Source: Tubiluchus corallicola (Eukaryota; Animalia; Priapulida). Taken from it: a DNA stretch of 64,000 bases. Below are positions 40,715 through 51,207 of this stretch, piece by piece. The notes under the pieces are model-generated. The model saw nothing but the letters and a program-made list of their open reading frames with translations, had not been told where the DNA came from and searched no databases. The stretch spans positions 14,260 to 78,259 of the forward strand of contig JAQGDQ010002405.1 of assembly GCA_030141605.1 (NCBI GenBank), read 5' to 3'. Position 1 is the stretch's first letter; every line of letters begins with the position of its first letter. A program made the position numbers and the translations under genes.

Positions 40715-41860
40715 TTAGTGATTAAACACAAGCATAAACTGCACCCCACTTCCCTGAAAGGCGGCAGTGTTTCCGGCAGCTCCGTAAACATTGAGTTTTT
40801 CGGGGTTCCAGTAAAGTACAAGATGCAAACCAATGCTATCATACTGCTTTTGCCAATTTATAAACCGGTACCAGCCGCTATTCGAGTAGTCATAGTATAT
40901 TATCGCCACAATATTATCTGACAATCCCAGCGGGTAACTTGACAAAAGGGCGGAAAACAATCCTCCCTCTCCACCACCAAAAGCCCGCCCTGACACATCT
41001 GCCCACAACAACTCATGTACCACATTGAGGCCATTCCCGACCTTAAAGGTGTAATCAGCTCCAATACACAGCTGCCTCTGCCAGGGATAATAACCGGAGG
41101 GCATACTCTGATTTGTGATAACACTCTCAAACCACAAACCCGGCCCTCCCTCAATATCCCACCTTCCGTCCAATCCAACCCTATTTTCAACAACTCTTCC
41201 CTCTCCACGCCCAATCACCCCCACCACCTTCTCAAAATCAACCTCACGATTGTGATACGAAACAGCTACCTCTCCAGACAGGGCAGGAACCTGTATCCTA
41301 CCACCTGCCTCAGGACGATTGCGTTTTGAAGGCACCACTTCCCACCCCTTGACAGAACCATTGCCGTATAATCCCCACAACCATACATTGGCGCTATTCA
41401 TAAAATAGTAACGCGCCAGCACTCCATACACCCCATCAGTAATCTGCAAAGGGTCACGCGGGTCAATCTGATCAAACCACATAAGAGGGCGTAGCATCAT
41501 GCCAGGTCCAAAATTTATCTTCTGAAGCCCTCCCCTCACCTCCAGTCTATCGCCACTATAACGGCACCATAGCCGATACGGCCTGATATCACCACTACTG
41601 CTAAAGTCACAGTCAAAATACTCCGTAGCTCCAAAAATATTCGCCGAAGCCTCTACGTCAATCAGGCTACTTTTTGAAACGGAATACTCAAAATCCAAAG
41701 TAGGTATATACCTGGCACCTGACATCGCTCCAAAACTATCGTGCAGCTTCAATGTTATCCATCCGTCAACCTGCCCGTTAAAAGAGACATTCTGCCCATA
41801 TACATATCCAGTAAATACAAACTGCACAACAATCAATACACGCTTATAACACAACCTCAT
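40715..41860 (-). CDS. Exported hypothetical protein, probable outer-membrane beta-barrel
   Basis: Signal peptide; RGGLQKINFG and WFDQIDPRDPLQITDGV; aromatic-rich strands; C-terminal MLVFNH. Confidence 0.7.
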   Translation of the reverse strand: MRLCYKRVLIVVQFVFTGYVYGQNVSFNGQVDGWITLKLHDSFGAMSGARYIPTLDFEYSVSKSSLIDVEASANIFGATEYFDCDFSSSGDIRPYRLWCRYSGDRLEVRGGLQKINFGPGMMLRPLMWFDQIDPRDPLQITDGVYGVLARYYFMNSANVWLWGLYGNGSVKGWEVVPSKRNRPEAGGRIQVPALSGEVAVSYHNREVDFEKVVGVIGRGEGRVVENRVGLDGRWDIEGGPGLWFESVITNQSMPSGYYPWQRQLCIGADYTFKVGNGLNVVHELLWADVSGRAFGGGEGGLFSALLSSYPLGLSDNIVAIIYYDYSNSGWYRFINWQKQYDSIGLHLVLYWNPEKLNVYGAAGNTAAFQGSGVQFMLVFNH

Positions 41861-42270
41861 TTGACTCTGCCCTCCGGGATTAATACCGAGTTTAAAAAAC
41901 TACTTTTTACAGCCTCGAATAAACAAAAATATAAAATTACACCCACGATGGGCAAAATCAAGCCGGGGCTCTTGCAAAACAAAAAAATTGATTATAACGA
42001 TGAAGAGAGAACCAACCGTAATTCCGATATAAATAAAAAGATCTGAAGAAAAAATAGTATTAATAAAAAAGTGTGCTCACAGGAGCCTCAGTTCTGTTAA
42101 ACAAAGCCTCACATACCCCTGCTGAAAGTAAATCACCGCCAATTAAATGTCTGATTTAAAACAAACCGACAAAATTAATTTGGGGTAACAATTTTTTATT
42201 ACTACCTTGCAGCAACGCCTCGACAATAGGGCAATAGTCAGTAATAAAGCAACATTAAATATTAATATTT

Positions 42271-42546
42271 ATGACTATTAAGGAAAAAAAGAGTGATAAA
42301 GAAGTAAACAGAAGTATTGAACCCAGAAACAGGTATCTTGTACTCTACAATGATAACTATAACACTTTTGACCATGTAGCTAATACATTATCAAAGGTAT
42401 GTAACCACGATACAACTCAGGCGTCGCAATGCACATATATTGCACACTACAAGGGTGAGTGCATAATCAAAGAGGGGTTAAAAGAGAATTTGGCCCCTAT
42501 GGAGAACGCACTTGGTGCATACGGCCTCAACGTTGAAATTAGATGA
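42271..42546 (+). CDS. clpS: ATP-dependent Clp protease adaptor ClpS
   Basis: LVLYNDNYNTFDHV...QASQC..AHYKG motifs. Confidence 0.88.
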   Translation: MTIKEKKSDKEVNRSIEPRNRYLVLYNDNYNTFDHVANTLSKVCNHDTTQASQCTYIAHYKGECIIKEGLKENLAPMENALGAYGLNVEIR

Positions 42547-42572
42547 TGTGATTTTAACTCTAATCTTCTTGT

Positions 42573-43049
42573 ATGAACTCTATTGTTATAATATTGGGAC
42601 TTATTCTTCTGGGAGCTGTGCTACTCATTATAGAGCTTGCGGTTATTCCCGGTGTGACTGTTTTCGGAATTGCAGGGGGGGGATTATTTGTGTATAGTAC
42701 ATACTTGGCTTTTGTCAACTATGGCATATGGGGAGGTGTTCTTGCATTGCTTCTTGTCACAATAGTAACCCCGATCATTTTCTACCGCTTCTTTAAAGGC
42801 AGGTTGGGAAAAAAAATGAGACTAAGCTCTGCTATTACAGGCAAAGCAGCTCAAATAGACAAGCAGGCTGTAAAGCAGGGAGACAGAGGTGTTGCATTAA
42901 CAAGGCTGGCACCTATAGGGAAGATATTGGTAGACAACAATGTGTATGAAGGTAAAACCTCCGGAAACCTGATTGATGCAGGAGAGAGGGTAAAAGTAAT
43001 TAAAGTGCTAAAAAATCAATTAGTTATTAAACAAATAAAAAGTCGATAA
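42573..43049 (+). CDS. NfeD-family membrane protein (short form)
   Basis: Three N-terminal TMs plus OB-fold (GVALTRLAPIGK); directly upstream of floA. Confidence 0.88.
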   Translation: MNSIVIILGLILLGAVLLIIELAVIPGVTVFGIAGGGLFVYSTYLAFVNYGIWGGVLALLLVTIVTPIIFYRFFKGRLGKKMRLSSAITGKAAQIDKQAVKQGDRGVALTRLAPIGKILVDNNVYEGKTSGNLIDAGERVKVIKVLKNQLVIKQIKSR

Positions 43050-43052
43050 ACT

Positions 43053-44045
43053 ATGGACATGGCAAGTATTATTGGAATTTTTGTAGGGATAATTGTACTC
43101 CTGATGCTGTTTGTTTACCTTATCCCGATAGGGTTATGGTTCTCTGCTCTTGTTTCAGGAGTTAACATATCAATACTGCAACTTTTTCTAATGAGATTCA
43201 GGAAGGTTCCTCCCGGTACTATTACAAGAGCGATGATAGAAGCACATAAGGCCGGGCTGAAAGCGGTAATGCGGGATCAACTGGAGGCTCATTACCTTGC
43301 GGGGGGACGGGTTGAAAGCGTTGTTCATGCTCTCGTATCCGCCGAAAAAGCCAATATTGACTTGTCTTTTAACATGGCCACAGCAATTGATTTGGCGGGA
43401 AGAGATGTGTTTCAGGCTGTTCAAATGTCAGTAAACCCAAAAGTCATTGACACGCCCCCAGTTACAGCCGTTGCCAAAGATGGAATACAGCTTATTTGCA
43501 AAGCTCGTGTAACAGTAAGGGCAAACATCAAGCAGCTTGTCGGAGGAGCAGGAGAAGAGACCATCTTGGCAAGAGTGGGAGAAGGTATCGTATCCTCAAT
43601 TGGATCCTCATATTCCCACAAAGAGGTGCTGGAGAACCCCGACTCAATATCAAAATTGGTGCTAGAAAAAGGGTTGGATGCAGGAACAGCATTTGAAATA
43701 CTATCTATTGATATTGCAGATATTGATATTGGTAAAAATATAGGGGCGGTCCTTCAAATGGATCAGGCAGATGCAGATAAAAACATAGCTCAGGCAAAAG
43801 CAGAGGAACGTCGCGCAATGGCAGTCGCTCTAGAGCAGGAAATGCGGGCGAAAGCTCAGGAGGCACGCGCAAAAGTAATTGAAGCGGAAGCTCAGGTTCC
43901 TTTAGCAATATCAACAGCGTTTAAGAGTGGCAACCTTGGTGTCATGGACTATATGAAATACAAAAATATAGGCGCTGACACCTTTATGAGGGAATCAATT
44001 GCAGATGATGACAGACAGGATACAGAAGAGGATGTCAACGATTAG
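43053..44045 (+). CDS. floA: Flotillin-like protein FloA (YqfA/UPF0365)
   Basis: [51 protein letters not shown]. Confidence 0.95.
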   Translation: MDMASIIGIFVGIIVLLMLFVYLIPIGLWFSALVSGVNISILQLFLMRFRKVPPGTITRAMIEAHKAGLKAVMRDQLEAHYLAGGRVESVVHALVSAEKANIDLSFNMATAIDLAGRDVFQAVQMSVNPKVIDTPPVTAVAKDGIQLICKARVTVRANIKQLVGGAGEETILARVGEGIVSSIGSSYSHKEVLENPDSISKLVLEKGLDAGTAFEILSIDIADIDIGKNIGAVLQMDQADADKNIAQAKAEERRAMAVALEQEMRAKAQEARAKVIEAEAQVPLAISTAFKSGNLGVMDYMKYKNIGADTFMRESIADDDRQDTEEDVND

Positions 44046-44137
44046 TCAAAACTTTTTCACTGCTCAATAGTCGCACAAAGAGGCTGTCCAAAAATGATGG
44101 CTTAAAAAAGAATCCTGATAAAAGTGCTAATAAAACG

Positions 44138-45475
44138 AGCACTATCTCATAAACTGTGTAAATAGAAAATGCCGAGGGTTGCAACCCTCGGCATTTTTTT
44201 GTTTAATTTTAAAACTTTAGACAGTAATGAAAAAAGAAGATTTATTAAATGATGATTTCCTTGAACAGTTTAATTCAGGGGAAGAGCTCAATGGTTTTTT
44301 ACAAGAGCTCCAAAAACGAGGCATTGAAAAGATGCTTGAAGGAGAACTCGATGGTCATTTAGGCTATGATAAGAATCAAAAATCGAATAATCAGAATGCC
44401 CGCAATGGCTATTCAGAGAAGAGAGTCCGAACCACTCTGGGAGAATCCAACATTCAGGTTCCCCGAGACCGTGATGCTTCGTTTAATCCGATGATTGTAC
44501 CCAAAGGAGGGAACATGGTCGATGGCTTAGAGAATATCATTGTTTCGTTTTATGCTAAAGGAATGAGTAATAGCGATATTGAAGAGCAAATTCGGGAGCT
44601 ATACGGTTTTGAAGTTTCTACATCCACCATATCAAGGATTACCGATTCAGTCACCAACGACATTGTAGCGTGGCAGAACCGACCTCTGGAAATTGTATAC
44701 CTAATTGTTTGGATGGATGGCATTGTATTTAAAGTGCGGGAGAACTCTAAGGTCGTCAACAAAACCGTTTACATTGCCGTAGGACTTCGCAGAGATGGGA
44801 AAAAAGAGGTTCTTGGCTTATGGTTGGGCAAGAGTGAGTCCGCTGCCTTTTGGATGAACGTACTTACCGATATGAAAGCCCGTGGAGTTAACGATATCCT
44901 GATTACGGCAACAGATAACTTGAATGGCTTTACAGATACTATCCGAACTGTTTTCCCTGAATCTAAAACACAAATATGTGTTGTTCATCAAATCCGTAAC
45001 GCAAGCAGATACGTGGTTTGGAAAGATAAAAAGGCATTTACAAAAGATATGAAGCAAATCTATAACGCCCATACAAAAGAGGCTGCAAAAGCAGCTTTAG
45101 AAGATTTTGCAGCAGCTTGGGAGGATAAATACTCTTACGCAATTAAAAGCTGGCGAGACAACTGGGAAGATCTAACCGTATTCTTTGAGTTTCCGCTGGA
45201 AATCATAAAGATAATTTATACAACCAACCTGATTGAGAATCTCAACGGAAAAATCAGAAAATACACAAAAAACAAACTTTCATTCCCGTCAGACCAGGCT
45301 GTAATGAAATCTGTATTTTTGGCAACCAGAGAAGCAACTAAAAAATGGTCAATGCCAATCAGAAACTGGGGCATTGTCTTGAATCAGTTCTTAGTTATAT
45401 TTGAAAAAAGGGTCCAGCTATAAATAGCCAAACCCTCGGTATTTTTTTAGTTTACACACTTTGTGAAACAGTGTC
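44138..45475 (+). mobile_element. IS256-family element (1338 bp), intact, with 8-bp target duplication ATAAAACG
   Basis: 25-bp imperfect inverted repeats AGCACTATCTCATAAACTGTGTAAA / GACACTGTTTCACAAAGTGTGTAAA; duplication at 44130-44137 and 45476-45483. Confidence 0.95.
44227..45423 (+). CDS. IS256-family (Mutator) transposase
   Basis: [37 protein letters not shown]. Confidence 0.96.
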   Translation: MKKEDLLNDDFLEQFNSGEELNGFLQELQKRGIEKMLEGELDGHLGYDKNQKSNNQNARNGYSEKRVRTTLGESNIQVPRDRDASFNPMIVPKGGNMVDGLENIIVSFYAKGMSNSDIEEQIRELYGFEVSTSTISRITDSVTNDIVAWQNRPLEIVYLIVWMDGIVFKVRENSKVVNKTVYIAVGLRRDGKKEVLGLWLGKSESAAFWMNVLTDMKARGVNDILITATDNLNGFTDTIRTVFPESKTQICVVHQIRNASRYVVWKDKKAFTKDMKQIYNAHTKEAAKAALEDFAAAWEDKYSYAIKSWRDNWEDLTVFFEFPLEIIKIIYTTNLIENLNGKIRKYTKNKLSFPSDQAVMKSVFLATREATKKWSMPIRNWGIVLNQFLVIFEKRVQL

Positions 45476-45506
45476 ATAAAACGTGAACTTTGCGAAGAGC
45501 TCGTTA

Positions 45507-47909
45507 TTACCTGCTACCGTTAAGCTGCAATAAGCTACGAGCAAATGCCTGCTTTACACTTTCAGGAATACTCTGCTCTTCCAACGCTTTAGTATAGACA
45601 CTCTTTGCCTTGTCTACACTACCGGATTCCAGATAGTAGTTGGCAAGCAGCGCATACGCGTCTCCATAATCCGGAAAATCGCTTATCAGCTGTAGCAATA
45701 CCTTCTCAGCCTCCAAACCTTTATTGGCCTGCAAAAGGAAATAGGCGTATGTATAGCTGTAACGACTGTTGTCCGAATCATGCCGGGCAGCAAGCTCGCT
45801 AAAGACCAGAGCCTCATCTATGTTCTGTTTGGATAGAATAACGGCAAGGTTGTATGCGGCAGTAACCGACTTGGGGTTTATCTCCATAAGCTTGCGATAT
45901 ACAGTCTCAGCCTCACCCATGCGTCCCTGCTCACCCAGCAAAAGGGCATAGTTAAGATTTGCAGCCTCATTATCAGGAGCAACCACAAGAGCCTGTACAA
46001 GCCTCTTTTCTGCTGTGGCGTAGTCGCCAACCAGACCATAAACATATCCCGCATTCACTAATGAAGGCACCGCTTCCGGATTTAACCCAGCCGAAATATT
46101 GTAAGCAGACAGCGCTTCATCAAACCGCTCCTGCTGAGTATAAAAGTTACCCAGATTATAGTGTGCCGACCACTCGTCAATACGTGCAGTAAGCAACTCC
46201 TCATAATCCTCAAAACAAGGAGTAAGCTTTAAAAGCTCCGCCCGTGAAAAAGAGCTTCGGGGGTAAAGTGTTAATGATGAAATAGCAGCCATGCGCACAG
46301 CCATATATCTGTCATCTAATGCTCTTAACAGTACACTTTTACTTTTCGGCGAAAAATCGGAAGCAAGCCCCTCAGCAGCAGCTATCCTAACCAGTGGCGA
46401 CTCGGCAGCAGACAGCATATCCCTGAAAACATCCCACTTGCTATCATCAGTAGCGCGGGCAACCAACCTTATTAACGACGCTGTGTACACCTCCTTGTCT
46501 GCATTCTCTTTTATATAGCTCAGCATCTCCCCTACCCTGCTAAAATCATTATCTCTCGCCTCCTTTATCAGCTTACCAACATAAACCACCGAAGCCTGAT
46601 AATCCTTTTTATACCGCTTACGCACCACCCTGTCTGCCCAAGCAGCATCTCTGCCTTCATGACAAATATTACACGCGTTTGGGGAACCAAATTCAACACT
46701 TGCGGCAGGCATAGGCGGACGCATAGAGTGATCGCTACGCACCATTCTGGCAAACTCGGTCTTTGGCATGTGGCACGCCACACACTGCCCCGCCTTACTA
46801 TCTGCCGGATGGTATGAATGAGCCTCTATATTCTCCACCTTACTTTGATGACACGGCATACATGCATTATTGTGGTCCTCCTCGGCAAAACGATAACGCC
46901 CCGATGAGGTGTGACACGTAACACAATGAAACTCCGCTCCTGCCTGAACACAAGGGCTCTGACTCCAGCTCGTGTAAGTATAATTCTCGCCCAGATCACG
47001 ACCGTCGGGGTAATAATCAATATTGTCTAGGGTTACAAGATTAAAATGATCGTAAAACTCCTCACCCGGCTGATAATGGGCTGTAACCGGCGACATTTTC
47101 GCATGGCATGATGAACATGTCGAATTGTGCTGCTCCGTTGTAAACTTTGATGTCAACAATATCTTCCAGTCATCAGGATGCTCTCCATCCTTCGCATTGC
47201 GAAAAACATCGACATGCTCCCTTGACGGGCCATGACACGCCTCACAGTTGATACCGGGTTCCCTCCATGTAGTAAAATAGGTGCCGGACTCCAGATCATA
47301 ATTATTTTCCAGCTGGCTAACGTGACAGCTGTGACAAGTTGTATTAAACGTATACAGATAATGCTTCCACGGTAGTGCCTCATCTTCCACTACCTCTACA
47401 AAGTGCCTGACAGCACTCTCCTGGGTATTGTACCACTCTTCCCGATTAAGGTCATAAGCCAAAGGTAGCACCTGTAGCCTACCCTTATCCAGTGGTGTAA
47501 GAAAATAGAAAATATTCTTGCCACCCATAGCATGAACAGCCTCATAAACGTTAATACTATCTCCGGTACGCTCCTCATATAATAACTTCCCTTCGCGCTT
47601 CACTATCCTAAACTCCCCACCCTCAACCTCTTGCCACTCTCTCATCTCGGGAACCTTGTCGGAAGTAAAACTCTCATCTAGCGGCTGCATCGCTTTACCA
47701 TGGTGCGATGTCGACCACAGGCGGTAAAACTCCTCATGACACTCTTTACAGCTTTCCGATCCTGCATAAACATCAGGCTCAGTATGCCCGGTACTCCTCC
47801 CTCCACGGCCGACACATGAAAAAAAAACTACAATTATCAGCGCTCCCAAAAACAGGGGAAGCAAAATAATAAAACGAAGAACACCAACTTTTCTCACACC
47901 ATTATCCAT
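45507..47909 (-). CDS. Octaheme c-type cytochrome lipoprotein with C-terminal HEAT-like and TPR repeats
   Basis: Eight CxxCH motifs (CKECH, CHSCH, CEACH, CSSCH, CVTCH, CMPCH, CVACH, CNICH); possible lipobox FFSC; AHYNLG and AAYNLA TPR motifs. Confidence 0.88.
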   Translation of the reverse strand: MDNGVRKVGVLRFIILLPLFLGALIIVVFFSCVGRGGRSTGHTEPDVYAGSESCKECHEEFYRLWSTSHHGKAMQPLDESFTSDKVPEMREWQEVEGGEFRIVKREGKLLYEERTGDSINVYEAVHAMGGKNIFYFLTPLDKGRLQVLPLAYDLNREEWYNTQESAVRHFVEVVEDEALPWKHYLYTFNTTCHSCHVSQLENNYDLESGTYFTTWREPGINCEACHGPSREHVDVFRNAKDGEHPDDWKILLTSKFTTEQHNSTCSSCHAKMSPVTAHYQPGEEFYDHFNLVTLDNIDYYPDGRDLGENYTYTSWSQSPCVQAGAEFHCVTCHTSSGRYRFAEEDHNNACMPCHQSKVENIEAHSYHPADSKAGQCVACHMPKTEFARMVRSDHSMRPPMPAASVEFGSPNACNICHEGRDAAWADRVVRKRYKKDYQASVVYVGKLIKEARDNDFSRVGEMLSYIKENADKEVYTASLIRLVARATDDSKWDVFRDMLSAAESPLVRIAAAEGLASDFSPKSKSVLLRALDDRYMAVRMAAISSLTLYPRSSFSRAELLKLTPCFEDYEELLTARIDEWSAHYNLGNFYTQQERFDEALSAYNISAGLNPEAVPSLVNAGYVYGLVGDYATAEKRLVQALVVAPDNEAANLNYALLLGEQGRMGEAETVYRKLMEINPKSVTAAYNLAVILSKQNIDEALVFSELAARHDSDNSRYSYTYAYFLLQANKGLEAEKVLLQLISDFPDYGDAYALLANYYLESGSVDKAKSVYTKALEEQSIPESVKQAFARSLLQLNGSR

Positions 47910-47997
47910 ATATATCCTTTAAAACACCCATCTACTATACTTGTTTGCTGCCTCTAATAAAACACCGAAAGGTACACTATACCCTCTGCCTCCGCAC

Positions 47998-48288
47998 CTA
48001 CTTCAAAACTATTGCCTTTATCTTGCTTACACCGGGCTTGCTGTTTATATCACTTATTATTCTTTGTCGCATCATAAACAGTTCATTCCGTACCACTGAA
48101 GAAGAGAGATGCACATAGAGTACACCATTCCTAATATAAATACTCCTTGTTGCCTTTACAATAACCTCTCCTACCACCTCACTCCACGCGCTCACACTCC
48201 TGGCATCAGATAGCTTCTCCTCTATTCCAGTCTCTTTTAAGAGATCCTTCATAACATTACCAAACTTCACCGCTTTATTCCTGCGCAT
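47998..48288 (-). CDS. DUF721/DciA-family protein
   Basis: WSEVVGE..T..IYIRNGVLYVHLSSSVVRNEL; directly downstream of recF. Alternative start at 48312. Confidence 0.85.
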   Translation of the reverse strand: MRRNKAVKFGNVMKDLLKETGIEEKLSDARSVSAWSEVVGEVIVKATRSIYIRNGVLYVHLSSSVVRNELFMMRQRIISDINSKPGVSKIKAIVLK

Positions 48289-48308
48289 TTTCAATACATT
48301 TTTTGTAT

Positions 48309-49415
48309 TCAACCACTAACTACCCCGCTGCCTGTAACATTAAATATCTTGTAATCGTCCAACGAGCTGGATATAATACTGTCAAGATGCTCTCTATTTG
48401 TATCAGTAATAAATATCTGCCCGAAGGTGTTTCCGGAGACAAGGCTTACAATCTGCTCTACTCTTTCACTGTCAAGCTTATCGAAAATATCATCCAAAAG
48501 CAGTATAGGCTTTGCCCCACTCACCGAGCTTATAAACTCAAACTGCGCCAATTTCAACGAAATAAGATATGTCTTTTTTTGACCCTGTGAACCCAGCTTT
48601 TTTATGGGGTAACCACCCAGTTTTAAATCCAAGTCATCCTTGTGGACTCCCGTTGAAGTATATTGCAATATCCTGTCTTTAGGAAGAGCCTCTCTCAACA
48701 TGTCCCTGAACCCGCCACTCTCCAGTTGTGATAAATATTTAAGAGAGACCTCTTCACCTCCCTTAGAAACAAGCTGGTAATACTTCTGAAATACCGGTAA
48801 TAAATCCGAAAGAAACTCTGTTCTCTTTTTATATATCTTTTCTCCAAAAGCTACAAGCTGCTCATCCCACACCTCCAAGCCAGCTGCGTCAAAAACATGA
48901 TTCTTTGCAAAATGTTTAAGTAGGCTGTTCCTCTGCAAAACAGCTCTATTATACCTCACCAGCCAACTAAGGTAGGTACGGTCAGACTGGGATATCACAT
49001 TGTCCATAAACTTTCTGCGCTCCTCGCTTCCTCCAAGAATAAGCTGTACATCGGATGGGGAAACCATGACAAGTGGCAATACACCAATATGCTCCAATAG
49101 CCTCTGATACTCCTTCTTATTGCGGCGAAACCTCTTCCTCTGCCCCCTCTTCAACCCGCAATGTACCTCCTCTTCCCCATCCTCTCCCTTCATGTACCTA
49201 CCCTGCAGAATAAAAAACTCCTCCCCATGCTTTATATTGTAAATATCGGAAGCGTTGAAATAACTCCTGCAAAACGAAAGGTAGTAGATACAATCAAGAA
49301 GATTGGTCTTGCCAACTCCGTTATTACCAATAAAGCAATTCAGCTTTGAAGAAAGCTGTAGCCTGGCTTCAGTAATATTTTTGTAATTGACAACAGATAA
49401 CTCACTTATATGCAT
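48309..49415 (-). CDS. recF: DNA replication and repair protein RecF
   Basis: Walker A GNNGVGKTN, ERRKFMD, GSQGQKK, PILLLDDIFDKLD. Confidence 0.97.
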   Translation of the reverse strand: MHISELSVVNYKNITEARLQLSSKLNCFIGNNGVGKTNLLDCIYYLSFCRSYFNASDIYNIKHGEEFFILQGRYMKGEDGEEEVHCGLKRGQRKRFRRNKKEYQRLLEHIGVLPLVMVSPSDVQLILGGSEERRKFMDNVISQSDRTYLSWLVRYNRAVLQRNSLLKHFAKNHVFDAAGLEVWDEQLVAFGEKIYKKRTEFLSDLLPVFQKYYQLVSKGGEEVSLKYLSQLESGGFRDMLREALPKDRILQYTSTGVHKDDLDLKLGGYPIKKLGSQGQKKTYLISLKLAQFEFISSVSGAKPILLLDDIFDKLDSERVEQIVSLVSGNTFGQIFITDTNREHLDSIISSSLDDYKIFNVTGSGVVSG

Positions 49416-49887
49416 AAAAACAATGATAATTTCCAGTGTTGAGCAACAAAAGCTAAACCTTACATCTATACATTTTGGCCAAAAATAACCGCTTTCGGCA
49501 ATATACCCATATTTTTCTTATCAGGAACTTATCAATAAGTATTAAGCTGCGCCAGCTGTCCGTTACCCTCGCTATCTCACCATCTCGTACCGCGACTATG
49601 ATATCGCCCATTGAGAGACTCTTTGTAAAACCCATCTTTTCACCAATTTATATTTCACCAATCCCATAATTCGCAGTGACAAGGAGTGATTTATTATTCA
49701 ATTTTTCCTAAATCAGAGTCAAAATATTTCGCCTTGCAAAGGGCTCTTTTTAAATAAACATATTTAAAACTTTATTTTCAATCTGGTAGCTCCGTAAAAT
49801 TATATGGAAAAAATAGAAATCTGTTCGGCAAAAAGATATACTTTTGTCCCTATCACAACTATTTTAAAAAAGTATTTGAATCAGAAT

Positions 49888-50583
49888 ATGAGCAAAGCAA
49901 GCAAAAAAAGTAAAATTGACACCAACTTACAAGAGGTTGAAAGTGCACTAACTTCCGCGGAACAGCTCTTTGAAAAGTATAGGAAAGCCATCACGGCTGT
50001 ATTAGTGATAGTAGTTGCAGCAGTGGTGATTTTAATATCTACACACCGTTTCTACACCCTTCCTCGCCAAAAAACTGCCAGTGAGCAAATGTTTGTTGCC
50101 GAACGATACTTCAGCAAAGATTCGCTTGACCTCGCTATTAACGGCGATGGTAATTATCCGGGATTTCTTGATATCATAGATGACTTTGGCAATACAAAAT
50201 CAGGAAAACTGGCGCTATACTACACAGGAATTTCATTCCTGCGCCTCGGACAGTTTGAAGACGCTATTGAATTTCTGGAAAAATTTCACACAAAAGATAA
50301 GCTTTTGGGACCTGTTGCAAAAGGTGCTACAGGAGATGCATACTCCGAAATAGGTGAATATGAAAAAGCAGCAAAACTATATATGGAGGCTGCCACACAA
50401 AGCGATAATAAGCTCACCTCTCCTATCTATTTGATGAAAGCTGCTGTAACATATAAGGAGATTGGCAACCTGCAAAAAGCGCTGATGGCGTACGAACAGA
50501 TCAGGGATAAATACCCCGACTCTGCAGAAGGAAGGCATATAGACAAATATATTGCACGCACCAATATTATGCTAAGCAAGTAA
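49888..50583 (+). CDS. Membrane-anchored TPR protein (YfgM-like)
   Basis: N-terminal TM plus TPR helices; syntenic with ribH. TACTTTTG at 49839-49846 supports ATG 49888. Confidence 0.85.
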   Translation: MSKASKKSKIDTNLQEVESALTSAEQLFEKYRKAITAVLVIVVAAVVILISTHRFYTLPRQKTASEQMFVAERYFSKDSLDLAINGDGNYPGFLDIIDDFGNTKSGKLALYYTGISFLRLGQFEDAIEFLEKFHTKDKLLGPVAKGATGDAYSEIGEYEKAAKLYMEAATQSDNKLTSPIYLMKAAVTYKEIGNLQKALMAYEQIRDKYPDSAEGRHIDKYIARTNIMLSK

Positions 50584-50674
50584 TCCGGAAACTTACCATA
50601 CCATATCAACAGGGCCCCCTCTGGAACAAAATGGGGAAAGAGAGAGATTACTATTACACAAAAACACTCTTAAT

Positions 50675-51172
50675 ATGGTTACAAAAGGCAAGTCTACCGA
50701 GATACAATCCGTGCCGGACATCGAACTTATGACATTTGGCATAGTTGTATCAGAATGGAACAGCGAAGTTACCGGTGCCCTTTTAAAAGGAGCGGTGAAA
50801 ACGCTAAAAAAGAGTAGTATTGGTGATGATAATATTATAATTAAACATGTTCCGGGCAGTTTTGAGTTGGCATTGGGAGGTCAGTTTTTCGCAAAATATA
50901 CCAATGTTGATGCCATTATATTGCTGGGCTGTGTAATTCGTGGAGAAACCAGCCACTTCGACTTTGTATGCCAAGGTGTTACGCAAGGAGCCATGCAGGT
51001 GAACTTAAACAGTAATACCCCTGTTATTTTTGGAGTGCTTACAACCGACAACCAGCAACAGGCAATGGATCGCGCCGGCGGCATATTGGGAAATAAAGGA
51101 GACGAAGCTGCCATTACAGCTATAAAAATGATCAACCTGAAGCGCGAGTTTAAAAGCCAGCCTGAAAAATAG
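50675..51172 (+). CDS. ribH: 6,7-dimethyl-8-ribityllumazine synthase
   Basis: IVVSEWN, VPGSFEL, LGCVIRGETSHF, PVIFGVLT, GNKG. Confidence 0.96.
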   Translation: MVTKGKSTEIQSVPDIELMTFGIVVSEWNSEVTGALLKGAVKTLKKSSIGDDNIIIKHVPGSFELALGGQFFAKYTNVDAIILLGCVIRGETSHFDFVCQGVTQGAMQVNLNSNTPVIFGVLTTDNQQQAMDRAGGILGNKGDEAAITAIKMINLKREFKSQPEK

Positions 51173-51207
51173 CGAAACTCCAAAAAAAGCACTATCTAGC
51201 ACTATCT

